From Limnochordia bacterium (GTDB lineage Bacteria; Bacillota; Limnochordia; DTU080), in the NCBI GenBank assembly GCA_050951545.1, contig JBMNJG010000012.1, positions 1 through 64,000 of the forward strand: a stretch of DNA of 64,000 nt, given 5' to 3'. The translations under genes were made by a program, and so were the position numbers. The notes below the pieces were generated by a model. The model searched no databases, was not told where the DNA came from, and worked only from the letters and a program-made list of their open reading frames with translations. Shown piece by piece: positions 27,724 through 37,133 of the stretch (position 1 is its first letter; each line of letters starts with the position of its first letter).

Positions 27724-28452
27724 GTGTCTCGCTTGGTCGTGCTCGCCCTCATCGCCGTGCTCTTCATGCTGGTCATCATCACACCTATTCGCTTAGAGGT
27801 TGGGCTCAGATTGTCTGAGGCTCACGCGAATCTCTGGCTAGAGTTTTCCGTAGCTGGCATCCTCAAGTGGCGCGTGAACGTTCCACGTGCTTGGCTTATG
27901 CCTACCGGGGAGGGGTTGGGCCTACGGGCACACATCCAGGTGTCTCCGGGGCAGCAAGAGGCCCAAGTGACCGAGACCCTCACACCGGAGATGCTCTCGG
28001 AGGAGAGCAAGGTCGATGAGTCCATACTGCACAAGGTCCTGGCAGGTATCGATGTGGTACAGATGCTGTTGGGGATTGCCGATGGTAAAGACCGTGCGCT
28101 GGGCAGTCCGTGGCTTCACCTGATCGTCATCCCTTTCAGCATACTGAGCCGCCATCTTCGCTGCCTTGAGTTTCGGTGGGAGACGCGAATTGGCGTGGGC
28201 GATGCTTGCGTTACCGCCCTGGTGGTGGGGATGCTCTGGGGACTCAAGTCGAGCATCTTGGCACTCATGGAGCAGCGATTGGTTTTGACGAGTCGTCCCA
28301 TCGCTCACGTCACGCCCAATTTCAATGGAACGGAACTGGCTACAGAGCTGCTTTGCATATTCCACCTTTCCGTCGGTCAGATTATGTGGCGAACCCTATG
28401 CGACGCCGCACAGCGTTGGCAACGAAAAGGGGCTGGAGTGTATGGAGGGTAA
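27724..28452 (+). CDS. YtfI-like DUF2953 sporulation membrane protein
   Basis: N-terminal TM, IGVGDACVTA...G, VTPNF; directly upstream of ytfJ. Confidence 0.75.
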   Translation: MSRLVVLALIAVLFMLVIITPIRLEVGLRLSEAHANLWLEFSVAGILKWRVNVPRAWLMPTGEGLGLRAHIQVSPGQQEAQVTETLTPEMLSEESKVDESILHKVLAGIDVVQMLLGIADGKDRALGSPWLHLIVIPFSILSRHLRCLEFRWETRIGVGDACVTALVVGMLWGLKSSILALMEQRLVLTSRPIAHVTPNFNGTELATELLCIFHLSVGQIMWRTLCDAAQRWQRKGAGVYGG

Positions 28453-28867
28453 GCATCCAATCGAAGGTCTGATGCAGACCGCAATGGAGAGCATCAAAGA
28501 GATGGTGGATGTCAACACCATCCTCGGTGATCCGGTAGAAACACCAGACGGCAGTGTCATTGTCCCGGTTTCCCGGGTGAGTCTAGGTTTTGCTGCTGGT
28601 GGTACGGAGTACGAGGTTGAGGAGAAAAGGGAGCAGAAGGGCTTTCCTTTTGGTGGCGGCACAGGCGCCGGGATTTCCGTGAACCCCGTCGCTTTTCTTG
28701 TTGTAGGCCAAGGTCAGATTCGCTTGATGCCAGTCGATGGTAATGCCACCATCGATCGTCTTCTTGACATGGCCCCTCGTATGTTCGAGCAATTTCAGGG
28801 GTTACTACGAAGCGCCAAGAACGGACGAACGAAGGTGGCCACTGAGATTCAGGACATTGAGCTCTAG
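28442..28867 (+). CDS. ytfJ: Sporulation protein YtfJ (GerW family)
   Basis: HPIEGLMQTAMESIKEMVDVNTILGDP, VSLGFAAGG, PFGGGTGAG. Confidence 0.93.
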   Translation: MEGKHPIEGLMQTAMESIKEMVDVNTILGDPVETPDGSVIVPVSRVSLGFAAGGTEYEVEEKREQKGFPFGGGTGAGISVNPVAFLVVGQGQIRLMPVDGNATIDRLLDMAPRMFEQFQGLLRSAKNGRTKVATEIQDIEL

Positions 28868-28873
28868 GCTGCA

Positions 28874-28899
28874 GGTACGCCACCTTGGTGTGGCGTACC
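28874..28899 (+). terminator. Hairpin after ytfJ
   Basis: GGTACGCCAC/GTGGCGTACC 10-bp stem. Confidence 0.45.
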
Positions 28900-28922
28900 C
28901 TACACTAGGGTGAAAAAACGCG

Positions 28923-29657
28923 ATGGAACGGCAACGTCTGCAGAAGTTCCTGGCTGTTCGTGGTGTAGCCTCTCGCCGCCGTGCAGAAGACATGATTCGC
29001 CAAGGAAGGGTGCGTATCAACGGAGTGGTAGTCAGGGAGATGGGCCTCCGGGTGGATCCAGAGGTGGACCGGGTTTGTGTAGATGGTGTTCCGGTTGGTG
29101 ATCCACGCCGCTTGGTCTATTTTGCGCTAAACAAGCCTGTTGGCGTCATTAGCTCCACGCGGGATTCTCGAGGACGAAAGACAGTTGTCGATCTGCTCAC
29201 AGGAGTCTCTGAGCGCGTCTACCCTGTGGGACGCTTGGACGCGGATTCCGAAGGCTTGGTGCTGCTTACGAATGATGGTGAGTTAGCTGCTCGTCTCATG
29301 CATCCACGCTATGGGGTCAGCAAGCTGTATCGGGTGTGGGTGAGTGTCAGGCCCTCAGCGAAGGCGATTCGGTTGCTGGAGACCGGAGTCGAGCTGTCCG
29401 ACGGACGCACTGCTCCGGCTCGAGTGTCAATACGAAGAACAGATACAGATGGTACGGAGCTGGAGTTTGAGTTGTGGGAGGGCCGTAACCGACAGATCCG
29501 CCGCATGTGTGAAGCCGCTGGGCACCCGGTCGTTCGTCTTCGACGAGAGAAGATTGGGCCTCTGGCCTTGGGGGCCTTGCGACCGGGGGAATGGCGCCGT
29601 CTGAGCGGTGCCGACCTTCGATCTTTGCGGCGTTCTGCCGGAATAGGGTGTCTCTGA
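28923..29657 (+). CDS. rluB: Pseudouridine synthase RluB (RsuA family)
   Basis: RLQKFLA S4 domain, YPVGRLD, EGRNRQIRRM. Confidence 0.9.
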   Translation: MERQRLQKFLAVRGVASRRRAEDMIRQGRVRINGVVVREMGLRVDPEVDRVCVDGVPVGDPRRLVYFALNKPVGVISSTRDSRGRKTVVDLLTGVSERVYPVGRLDADSEGLVLLTNDGELAARLMHPRYGVSKLYRVWVSVRPSAKAIRLLETGVELSDGRTAPARVSIRRTDTDGTELEFELWEGRNRQIRRMCEAAGHPVVRLRREKIGPLALGALRPGEWRRLSGADLRSLRRSAGIGCL

Positions 29658-29674
29658 GTAGCTCGAGGCGCTTC

Positions 29675-29703
29675 TTGTTACCGACTGGCAGCTATGGTAT
29701 ATT
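29675..29703 (+). promoter_or_regulatory. Sigma-A promoter of the hutP-aro operon
   Basis: TTGTTA-N17-TATATT with an extended TG. Confidence 0.6.
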
Positions 29704-29752
29704 GATCCAAAGCCGCCGCGCCTATCCTGTGGGATACGGAGGGGTATCAGCG

Positions 29753-30178
29753 ATGCGTTCGACCCAAAGCAAAGACGTGGCCCGTGCTGCCATCTTGATG
29801 GCACTGACGGGTGAACGCGAAGAGGAAAACCGTTTGCAGGAAGAGCTGGCGACGCGAAACGTTCGGGCAGCGGCTGCTGACTACGGCGGAGAGTTTCTGC
29901 CAGCCATTCAGCGCATCGTGGAGCGGGCTGTCGTAGCTGCCAAACGTGAAGGTGTCATCAAACCTATTCATGCTGAAGAGGGTGCGGTGGCAGGGGCAGC
30001 GCATGAAGCCTTAGCCCAGATATCGCGTAAGGCGCTAGGGCTCAACGTGGGGGGCAAGATCGGCATCGCTCGACACGGTGAGCACATTGCAGTGGCCATT
30101 TACCTGTGTATCGGTTTGCTGCACCTAGACGATGTAGCCATTGGGTTGGGGCATCGAGCGGTGCCGTATTCAGTGTAG
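29753..30178 (+). CDS. hutP: HutP family RNA-binding antiterminator-like protein
   Basis: AVVAAKREGVI, HAEEGAVAGAAHEA, GLNVGGKIGIAR, IGLGHR; GGAGG RBS. Confidence 0.8.
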   Translation: MRSTQSKDVARAAILMALTGEREEENRLQEELATRNVRAAAADYGGEFLPAIQRIVERAVVAAKREGVIKPIHAEEGAVAGAAHEALAQISRKALGLNVGGKIGIARHGEHIAVAIYLCIGLLHLDDVAIGLGHRAVPYSV

Positions 30179-30192
30179 CGGGGGGTCTGGCC

Positions 30193-30579
30193 ATGGTTAC
30201 TGGTGAGTGCACGAGAGCCTTACGTGGAGCTACTACCGTCGAGCGCAATGATGAAAAGCTCATCATAGAGGCTACGATGGAACTACTTACGACCCTTCTT
30301 GAGCAGAACGGCCTTGATCATGAGGAGATCATCAGCATAATCTTCACTTCGACTCAGGATCTGAATGCCGCCTACCCTGCGGTAGGCGCAAGGCGCCTCG
30401 GATTGACCCATGTCCCCCTGATGTGTGCGACGGAGCTTCCTGTGCTCGGTAGCTTGCCGCACTGTATTCGCTGCCTCATGCATGTTCATACTGTGCGGCC
30501 TCTGCACGAACTACGACATGTATATCTGCACGAGGCCCGCAGTCTTCGGCCCGACTTGACATCGCACAAGGAACAATAG
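30193..30579 (+). CDS. aroH: AroH-type chorismate mutase
   Basis: RALRGATT, FTSTQDL, YPA..AR, CIR, HVYL..A..LRPDL. Confidence 0.93.
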   Translation: MVTGECTRALRGATTVERNDEKLIIEATMELLTTLLEQNGLDHEEIISIIFTSTQDLNAAYPAVGARRLGLTHVPLMCATELPVLGSLPHCIRCLMHVHTVRPLHELRHVYLHEARSLRPDLTSHKEQ

Positions 30580-30616
30580 GCAGATCACCACTTGAAGAGA
30601 GGAGGCGGTTGCTGTA

Positions 30617-31714
30617 GTGCGTGTGCCAACGCATCGCCCAGCAATTGAACGCATCAGCCCGTATGTACCGGGCAAGCCCATCACCGAGGTTCAGGAAGAG
30701 TATGGTTTGGAGGATATTATCAAGCTGGCCTCCAACGAAAACGCCTTGGGTCCGTCGCCGCAGGCCATACAGGCCCTCGAGCAGGCCATTTCTAGCGTAC
30801 ATATCTATCCGGACGGAGCTGCTCGGGCCCTACGTAGTGCCATTGCTCAAGCGTATGGTGTCTTGCCTGACGAGGTCTTCATAGGCAACGGCTCTGATGA
30901 GATCATAAAACTGCTGGCAGAGGCCCTCTTGCTGCCGGACGACGAAGTGGTGTTCGCAGACGTAACGTTTTCGGAGTACGCCTATGCGACACGCCTGATG
31001 GGTGCTCGAGAGGCTGTGGTACCCGTCCTCGCAGAGACGCATGATCTGCGAGCGATGGCGGCCCGGATCTCGCAGCAGACCAAAATTGTCTATATCTGTA
31101 ACCCCAACAATCCGACAGGCACTTACGTAGGTGTTGACGCTCTGGATGAATTCCTGTCTTCGGTTCCAGAGGGAGTCTTAGTGGTGTTGGATGAGGCGTA
31201 TGCCGAATACGCTGATGCTTCAGATTTTCCGGATGTCGTTGATCTGATGCGCCAGGGCCAGCCCGTGGCCACCATGCGTACTTTCTCAAAGATTTATGGT
31301 TTGGCGGGCTTGAGGGTGGGTTACATCATCGCGCCGCGGCCAATCGTGGCGTTGCTCAACCGAGTCAAGGAGCCCTTTAACGTAAACTCGTTGGCCCAAG
31401 CTGCCGCTCTTGCTGCGTTAGGCGACACAGAGCATGTCAGGCGGAGCCGCGAGATGAATAGCAGGGGGAAAGCGGAACTCTACGCGGCTTTCACCGAGAT
31501 GGGCCTACGCTACTGTCCGAGTCAGAGCAACTTCATTTTCGTTGATCTCGGCAGGCCCTGCAGGCCTGTGTATGAGAGACTTCTGCAAGAAGGAGTAATT
31601 GTGCGGACTGGCGACATTTTCGACAGACCCTCTTTCGTGCGCGTGACAATCGGCACGTCAGAGGAGAATGAGCGCTTTGTCAAGGCCTTGCGCCGGGCTC
31701 TGGTAACCAGCTAG
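30617..31714 (+). CDS. hisC: Histidinol-phosphate aminotransferase
   Basis: KLASNEN, GNGSDE, NPNNPTG, DEAY, RTFSKIYGLAGLRVGY. Confidence 0.93.
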   Translation: MRVPTHRPAIERISPYVPGKPITEVQEEYGLEDIIKLASNENALGPSPQAIQALEQAISSVHIYPDGAARALRSAIAQAYGVLPDEVFIGNGSDEIIKLLAEALLLPDDEVVFADVTFSEYAYATRLMGAREAVVPVLAETHDLRAMAARISQQTKIVYICNPNNPTGTYVGVDALDEFLSSVPEGVLVVLDEAYAEYADASDFPDVVDLMRQGQPVATMRTFSKIYGLAGLRVGYIIAPRPIVALLNRVKEPFNVNSLAQAAALAALGDTEHVRRSREMNSRGKAELYAAFTEMGLRYCPSQSNFIFVDLGRPCRPVYERLLQEGVIVRTGDIFDRPSFVRVTIGTSEENERFVKALRRALVTS

Positions 31715-31785
31715 ACAAAGGCTATCTCGTAGAAACCTGAGGGCGCTAGCAAGGACGGTAGTATGGCAGAATAGGAGGCGCACCC

Positions 31786-32799
31786 ATGGTTGTGGTAATG
31801 CAGAAAGCTGCGACAAGAGACGAACTAGACGCAGTCATCCAGCGGCTGCAGGATTTTGGGTTTGTTACACACATCTCGCACGGTGTCGAACGTACGATTA
31901 TCGGGGCGATCGGGGAGAAGACGGCGGACAAGTTAGAGAGGCTGGAGGCGATGCCTGCCGTTGAGAAGATCGTGCCCATTCTCCAGCCCTTCAAGCTGGC
32001 TGGGCGAGAGTTTCAGCCGGAGACGAGCCAGGTGCGAGTCGGCAACGTGCTCTTTGGGGGGACCACGATCCCTGTGATTGCTGGCCCGTGCGCTGTGGAA
32101 TCTGAGGAGCAGCTGCTACGGACCGCCGACCGGGTGAAAGAGGCTGGAGCGTCCATGTTGCGCGGTGGCGCTTTCAAGCCCCGGACTTCGCCCTACACCT
32201 TTCAGGGCTTGGAGGAAGAGGGCCTGCGACTGCTGGCAGAGGCGCGTCGCCGCACTAGCTTGCCTGTAGTCACGGAAGTGGTGAATCCTCGCGATGTGGA
32301 GAGGGTGGTGCAGTACGCTGACATGGTGCAGATTGGTGCCCGTAACATGCAAAACTTCACGTTGCTCAAGGAGGTAGGTATCTCCGGGAGGCCAGTGTTG
32401 GTTAAGCGTGGCCTGTCTGCGACTGTGGAAGAGTGGCTGATGGCTGCCGAGTACATCATCTCAGCGGGCAACGACGATGTCGTGCTGTGTGAGCGAGGGA
32501 TTCGCACGTACGAGACGCAGACACGTAATACGCTCGATATCAGCGCGGTGGTCGCTATCCATGAGCTCTCTCATCTACCCGTGGTGGTAGATCCGTCACA
32601 TGGTACGGGAAAATGGCGGTATGTGACCCCCATGGCCTTAGCCGCAGTGGCTGCGGGGGCCGATGGTCTTATGGTCGAGGTTCATTTCCGTCCGGAGGAA
32701 GCACTATCCGACGGGCCGCAGAGCTTGCGGCCAGACGTGTTTGCTCAGATGATGGCTTTGTTGGTCCCGGTAGCTACAGCTGTGGGTCGTGATCTATAA
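31786..32799 (+). CDS. aroF: DAHP synthase type I-beta with an N-terminal regulatory domain
   Basis: IAGPCAVES, GGAFKPRTSPY, QIGARNMQN, DPSH. Confidence 0.94.
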   Translation: MVVVMQKAATRDELDAVIQRLQDFGFVTHISHGVERTIIGAIGEKTADKLERLEAMPAVEKIVPILQPFKLAGREFQPETSQVRVGNVLFGGTTIPVIAGPCAVESEEQLLRTADRVKEAGASMLRGGAFKPRTSPYTFQGLEEEGLRLLAEARRRTSLPVVTEVVNPRDVERVVQYADMVQIGARNMQNFTLLKEVGISGRPVLVKRGLSATVEEWLMAAEYIISAGNDDVVLCERGIRTYETQTRNTLDISAVVAIHELSHLPVVVDPSHGTGKWRYVTPMALAAVAAGADGLMVEVHFRPEEALSDGPQSLRPDVFAQMMALLVPVATAVGRDL

Positions 32800-33887
32800 T
32801 GCGGCCGACGGTGGCCATTGTTGGCGTGGGGCTCATAGGTGGTTCTTTGGGCCTTGCCTGGCGTAATGCAGGGGCGGCCAAGGTTATCGGCGTGACACGA
32901 AGACGGCAAAATCTCGATGTGGCTCTCAGCTGCGGGGCAATCGACGAGGGAACCACGGATGTGGCGCAAGGCGTCGCGGCAGCGGATGTCGTGGTCTTGT
33001 GTACCCCAGTTGTAGATATTGTGGCATTGGCCAGGTCGATTGTCGCTTATGTTCGCCCCGGCACGCTCCTCACCGACGTGGGCAGTACTAAGGCCTGGAT
33101 CATGCGTGAGATCTCCAGTTTTCTGCCTGGGAGCCTGTCTTTTGTGGGCGGGCACCCCATGGCTGGTTCGGAGCACACGGGTGTTGAGGCTGCTGACCCG
33201 TACCTCTTCGAGAACGCAATTTACTGCCTCACACCTTCGGCAGGGATGGCGGCTTCAGATTCATCGATGAGGCTCTTGCAGGATCTGGTACGCGCTACGG
33301 GCGCGAGACCTCTGTTATTGACCCCAGACGTGCACGATCTCATCGTAGCGGGGATAAGTCACGTTCCCCACCTGGTAGCGGCGGCTTTGGTGAACAGTGT
33401 GGCTGCTACAGATACTGGTGATATGCCCATGCTACGGTTGGCAGCTGGAGGCTTCCGAGATACGACAAGAATTGCCAGCGGATCATCAGAATTATGGCGG
33501 GATATATGCCTAACCAATGGTCCTGCCATTTCCGAGATGCTAGATGCTTTTGAGGGCGCTCTGGTCCAGATGCGGCAAGCAGTTGAGCAGGCCCATGGCG
33601 AGGCCTTATGCAGACTGCTGGAGACAGCGAGAACGGCGCGCCTGACGATGCCTGCTCACTCGGCAGTGCACGAGTTGGTGGTCACATTGGTTGACAGGCC
33701 AGGGGCCATCCATGCAGTGACCGGACTTGTCGCCGCGGCAGATCTGAATGTCGTTGATATTGGCATCCTGAGAGCACGGGAAGGCGAAGGCGGCACGATG
33801 CGTCTGGCTCTGCACAGCGATGAGGCCGCTAATCGGGCCGTGGAGTTACTGCGGGAGAACGGCTACATAGTGCGGCGGCGTACATGA
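32799..33887 (+). CDS. tyrA: Prephenate dehydrogenase with a C-terminal ACT domain
   Basis: GVGLIGGS, DVGSTK, GGHPMAG, SHVPH, GFRDTTRIA, DRPG. Confidence 0.92.
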   Translation: MRPTVAIVGVGLIGGSLGLAWRNAGAAKVIGVTRRRQNLDVALSCGAIDEGTTDVAQGVAAADVVVLCTPVVDIVALARSIVAYVRPGTLLTDVGSTKAWIMREISSFLPGSLSFVGGHPMAGSEHTGVEAADPYLFENAIYCLTPSAGMAASDSSMRLLQDLVRATGARPLLLTPDVHDLIVAGISHVPHLVAAALVNSVAATDTGDMPMLRLAAGGFRDTTRIASGSSELWRDICLTNGPAISEMLDAFEGALVQMRQAVEQAHGEALCRLLETARTARLTMPAHSAVHELVVTLVDRPGAIHAVTGLVAAADLNVVDIGILRAREGEGGTMRLALHSDEAANRAVELLRENGYIVRRRT

Positions 33888-33996
33888 TTGTTAGCCATTT
33901 CGTGCAGGTATCTGTAGGGAGTGTAGCGAAGTGGATTGCCGTACAGGAGACATGTGCTAACACGGTTTGCTGTCGTGGGTTAGGGGGAGAAGACGC

Positions 33997-34677
33997 TTGG
34001 GGGGACGAACCCTCGTCGTCGCCATTGACGGTCCGGCAGGTGCGGGCAAAAGTACTGTTGCGCGTGAGGTAGCAGCACGACTACAGTATCTGTATATCGA
34101 TTCGGGTGCCATGTACCGCGCTGTGACGCTAAAGGTCGTACGATTGGGTGTTTCTCCGAGTGACGTTACTCAAGTGGCCGCCATAGCTTCTAGACTGACA
34201 GTCGAGTTGGGTACAGATCCGCGAGAAGGCGTGAGCCAAGTTTTTCTCGACCGCGAGAACGTAACAAACTGCATTCGCTCACCAGCAGTAAATGACGCGG
34301 TTGCCTTAGTGGCTGCTAATCCTGTTGTGCGTGAGCATCTGCGTAATGCGCAGCGTAGGCTCGCCAGTCAGGGTGGCGTGGTCATGGACGGCAGAGACAT
34401 TGGTACGGTTGTCCTTCCCGATGCCGATGTCAAGATCTACCTTACCGCGTCCTTGCACACGCGGGCTGCTCGTCGCTATGAGGAGATGCGGTCGCAGGGC
34501 CTGTGTGTTACTCAGGCACAGCTCATGCGTGAAATAGCTCTTCGCGACGCTGCAGACTGCCAAAGGACGATCGCTCCGCTTGAGAAGGCACCTGATGCCG
34601 TGCTCATCGACACAACGGGTGTGTCCGTGGCAGAGGTCGTAGACAAGGTCATTCACATCTGCCGAGGGAGGATGTGA
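33997..34677 (+). CDS. cmk: Cytidylate kinase
   Basis: AIDGPAGAGKST, GAMYRA, DGRDIGT. Confidence 0.95.
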   Translation: MGGRTLVVAIDGPAGAGKSTVAREVAARLQYLYIDSGAMYRAVTLKVVRLGVSPSDVTQVAAIASRLTVELGTDPREGVSQVFLDRENVTNCIRSPAVNDAVALVAANPVVREHLRNAQRRLASQGGVVMDGRDIGTVVLPDADVKIYLTASLHTRAARRYEEMRSQGLCVTQAQLMREIALRDAADCQRTIAPLEKAPDAVLIDTTGVSVAEVVDKVIHICRGRM

Positions 34678-35286
34678 ATGATGCGTTTGTACCCCTTGGG
34701 TCGTGCCGTCTGCAAAGCAGTGCTGTGTACGTACTTTCGTCAACGAGTTGAGGGTAAAGAGAACGTACCCCGCTCGGGGCCATTTGTTGTGGCAGCCAAC
34801 CATGTCAGCTACCTCGATCCGCCTGTTCTTGGCGTAGCTTGTCCTCGTCCTATCCAATTCATGGCGAAAGCTGAGCTTTTCCAGATTCCCATACTGGGTT
34901 TTCTGATCCGCGAGCTGGGCGCTTTTCCCGTCCATCGGGGGGCAGCAGACAGGCATGCTATCCGACGAGCATTGCATATCCTGGAGGATGGGGGCGTTCT
35001 TGGCGTCTTTCCTGAGGGTACTCGCAGTCGTCGAGGGCGGGTGCTGAATCCACAGGGGGGCGCGGCACTCATAGCGCTTAAGGCGGGCGTACCTGTTTTG
35101 CCTGCAGGCATATGGGGCACAGCTGATGTGGATGGCCCCTGGCACTTCCCCAAGCCCGTACGTGTTGGGGTTCGTTTTGGCGAGCCGATCGATCTTGGAC
35201 AACCCAAAACTGTGGATCGAAAAGCTGTCGATGAGGCAAGCGTGTACATTATGAGCAGGATACGAGAGTTACAAAACGTCACATAG
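34678..35286 (+). CDS. plsC: 1-acyl-sn-glycerol-3-phosphate acyltransferase
   Basis: NHVSYLD, FPEGTRS. Confidence 0.92.
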   Translation: MMRLYPLGRAVCKAVLCTYFRQRVEGKENVPRSGPFVVAANHVSYLDPPVLGVACPRPIQFMAKAELFQIPILGFLIRELGAFPVHRGAADRHAIRRALHILEDGGVLGVFPEGTRSRRGRVLNPQGGAALIALKAGVPVLPAGIWGTADVDGPWHFPKPVRVGVRFGEPIDLGQPKTVDRKAVDEASVYIMSRIRELQNVT

Positions 35287-35360
35287 GCCGTATTGGGTGA
35301 GTTGACCCATGCGGAACCGCGTGTTTTTTCGTTATCCTGCCTGGGAATTCGGCTAGTAGG

Positions 35361-35386
35361 GAGGAGTCCGTGCAGTAGAGACGAAT
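35361..35386 (+). promoter_or_regulatory. Sigma-H-like promoter before rpsA
   Basis: GAGGA-N17-GAAT. Confidence 0.4.
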
Positions 35387-35511
35387 ATGGTTGGGGAATG
35401 GCATCATTTCCGCGCTCTTGCGAATACTAGGCGAGGGCACCGGGCGGTGTCCCAGAGGGGTTGGGCCCGCGTGAAGTCAGTTTCAGGAGTCTTGGGGGGT
35501 TATGAAGGGTC

Positions 35512-36954
35512 ATGACTGAGGTACGCGACGAAAGAGAAAAAGAAACGGAAGTCACAACTGCCAGCGAGCAGGCACAGTCCACGGATGCAAGCGGGCCCAG
35601 CACGGAAGTTGTGATAGAGGGTCAGGCAGAGGCAGCCGTGGAAGATACTGGCGAGCAGGCTGTGGAGGCTTGCGACGAAGGGGAAGACGCTCCAACGGAA
35701 CAGGCCGCAAGCGAGCCGGCTTCCGGGACGCAGTACGACGAGACTTTTGCCACACTTGAACCGGGCAAGGTAGTCACAGGCCGTGTTGTTCAGGTTGGCG
35801 AGGACGAAGTCATGGTCGATGTCGGGTACAAGTCAGAGGGCCGAATTCCCCTGCATGAACTCGGACTGCGAAGCGGGCAGAAGCCAGCGGATGTTCTTGA
35901 GGCGGGCGACGATGTCGATGTGTTGGTTCTAAAGGTAGAAGACACGGAGGGGAACGTCCTTCTTTCGAAACGACGGGCCGATACCCGCTTGGTATGGCAG
36001 AAGCTCGAGGAGATGCACGAAAGTGGCGCTATCCTCGAGGCTGTGGTCACTGAGAGGGTCAAGGGCGGTCTGTTGGTAGATGTGGGCGTGCGCGGCTTTG
36101 TGCCAGCTTCACATGTCGCCCGCAACTATGTGGAGAACCTGGACAAATACGTTGGCGAAGAGCTACGTCTCAAGATTGTCGAGATTGATCGTCAGCGTAA
36201 CAACGTGGTTCTCTCGCGCAAGTTGGTCTTGGAGGAGGAGTATCTCAAGGCCAAGGAAGAGACTTTCTTGACACTCAAGGAAGGTACGATCGTGGAGGGC
36301 ATTGTCCGCCGTATCACGGATTTCGGTGCCTTTGTAGATATCGGGTCTGGTGTTGAAGGTCTCTTGCATGTCAGCGAAATGGCATGGAGCCGCGTGAAGC
36401 ACCCTGCCGATGTCGTCAAGGAAGACGATTGTATCAACGTGATGGTTCTCAATGTTGACCGAGAACACGAACGCATATCGTTGTCCCTCAAAGAGACGTT
36501 GCCAGATCCATGGGAAACAGTGAACCAGCGCTATGTCGTGGGCGACATTGTCGAAGGTGAAGTGACGCGGGTCGTCGACTTCGGTGCCTTCGTCAAGCTA
36601 GAAGATGGCATCGAGGGTCTGGTCCACATTTCCCAGATGGCTGATCACCACGTCACCAATCCATCCGAGATTGTCAGTTCGGGCGACATAGTCAGTGTGA
36701 AGATTGTCAGCTTGGACGAGAGAGCTCGTCGGATCGGTCTGTCAATACGTGAGGCTCAGCCTCGCCCTGTGCGCCAACCCAAGGAAAGCTACAGGGAGCA
36801 GGCTAGTTTCGGTGATACGAGCGAGGGGAACACTCTTGGCGATCGTTTCCCTGGCCTTTCGAGCTACTTCAATGACGATGGCGGCGACGACGATGGAGAC
36901 GTTGACGATGGAAACGACGAGGATGGAGAGGATGGAAACGGCGACGAGCAGTAG
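35512..36954 (+). CDS. rpsA: 30S ribosomal protein S1 (four S1 domains, acidic N- and C-terminal extensions)
   Basis: DVGYKSEG, RGFVPAS, FGAFVD..GLLHVSE, FGAFV..GLVHISQ. Confidence 0.93.
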   Translation: MTEVRDEREKETEVTTASEQAQSTDASGPSTEVVIEGQAEAAVEDTGEQAVEACDEGEDAPTEQAASEPASGTQYDETFATLEPGKVVTGRVVQVGEDEVMVDVGYKSEGRIPLHELGLRSGQKPADVLEAGDDVDVLVLKVEDTEGNVLLSKRRADTRLVWQKLEEMHESGAILEAVVTERVKGGLLVDVGVRGFVPASHVARNYVENLDKYVGEELRLKIVEIDRQRNNVVLSRKLVLEEEYLKAKEETFLTLKEGTIVEGIVRRITDFGAFVDIGSGVEGLLHVSEMAWSRVKHPADVVKEDDCINVMVLNVDREHERISLSLKETLPDPWETVNQRYVVGDIVEGEVTRVVDFGAFVKLEDGIEGLVHISQMADHHVTNPSEIVSSGDIVSVKIVSLDERARRIGLSIREAQPRPVRQPKESYREQASFGDTSEGNTLGDRFPGLSSYFNDDGGDDDGDVDDGNDEDGEDGNGDEQ

Positions 36955-36991
36955 TCGTTTGTCCTGACATATTCCTAATCGCCAGAGTAGG

Positions 36992-37030
36992 CGGGGCTTG
37001 AGCTGTGAGCTTGAGCCTCGTTTTTTTCTT
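36992..37030 (+). terminator. Intrinsic terminator of rpsA
   Basis: CGGGGCTTGAGCT/AGCTTGAGCCTCG followed by T7. Confidence 0.75.
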
Positions 37031-37046
37031 CAAACACGTTCCGTGT

Positions 37047-37076
37047 GGTTATGGGGCGCAGCGATCGGGAAAGCTA
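37047..37076 (+). promoter_or_regulatory. Sigma-F-like promoter of the DUF1614-spoIIP block
   Basis: GGTTA-N15-GGGAAAGCTA versus consensus GYWTA-N15-GGNNANANTW (one mismatch in each box). Confidence 0.45.
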
Positions 37077-37133
37077 AGATACGGCAAAGATCGTGCACAA
37101 CCATGGCTTCTGGTGGAAGGGACGTGACGAAAG

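Noticed and set aside
34306-35202. 298-aa antisense ORF, and the many other short overlapping ORFs in the track
   Set aside because: They shadow well-supported genes (here cmk and plsC) in GC-rich DNA and show no motifs or RBS
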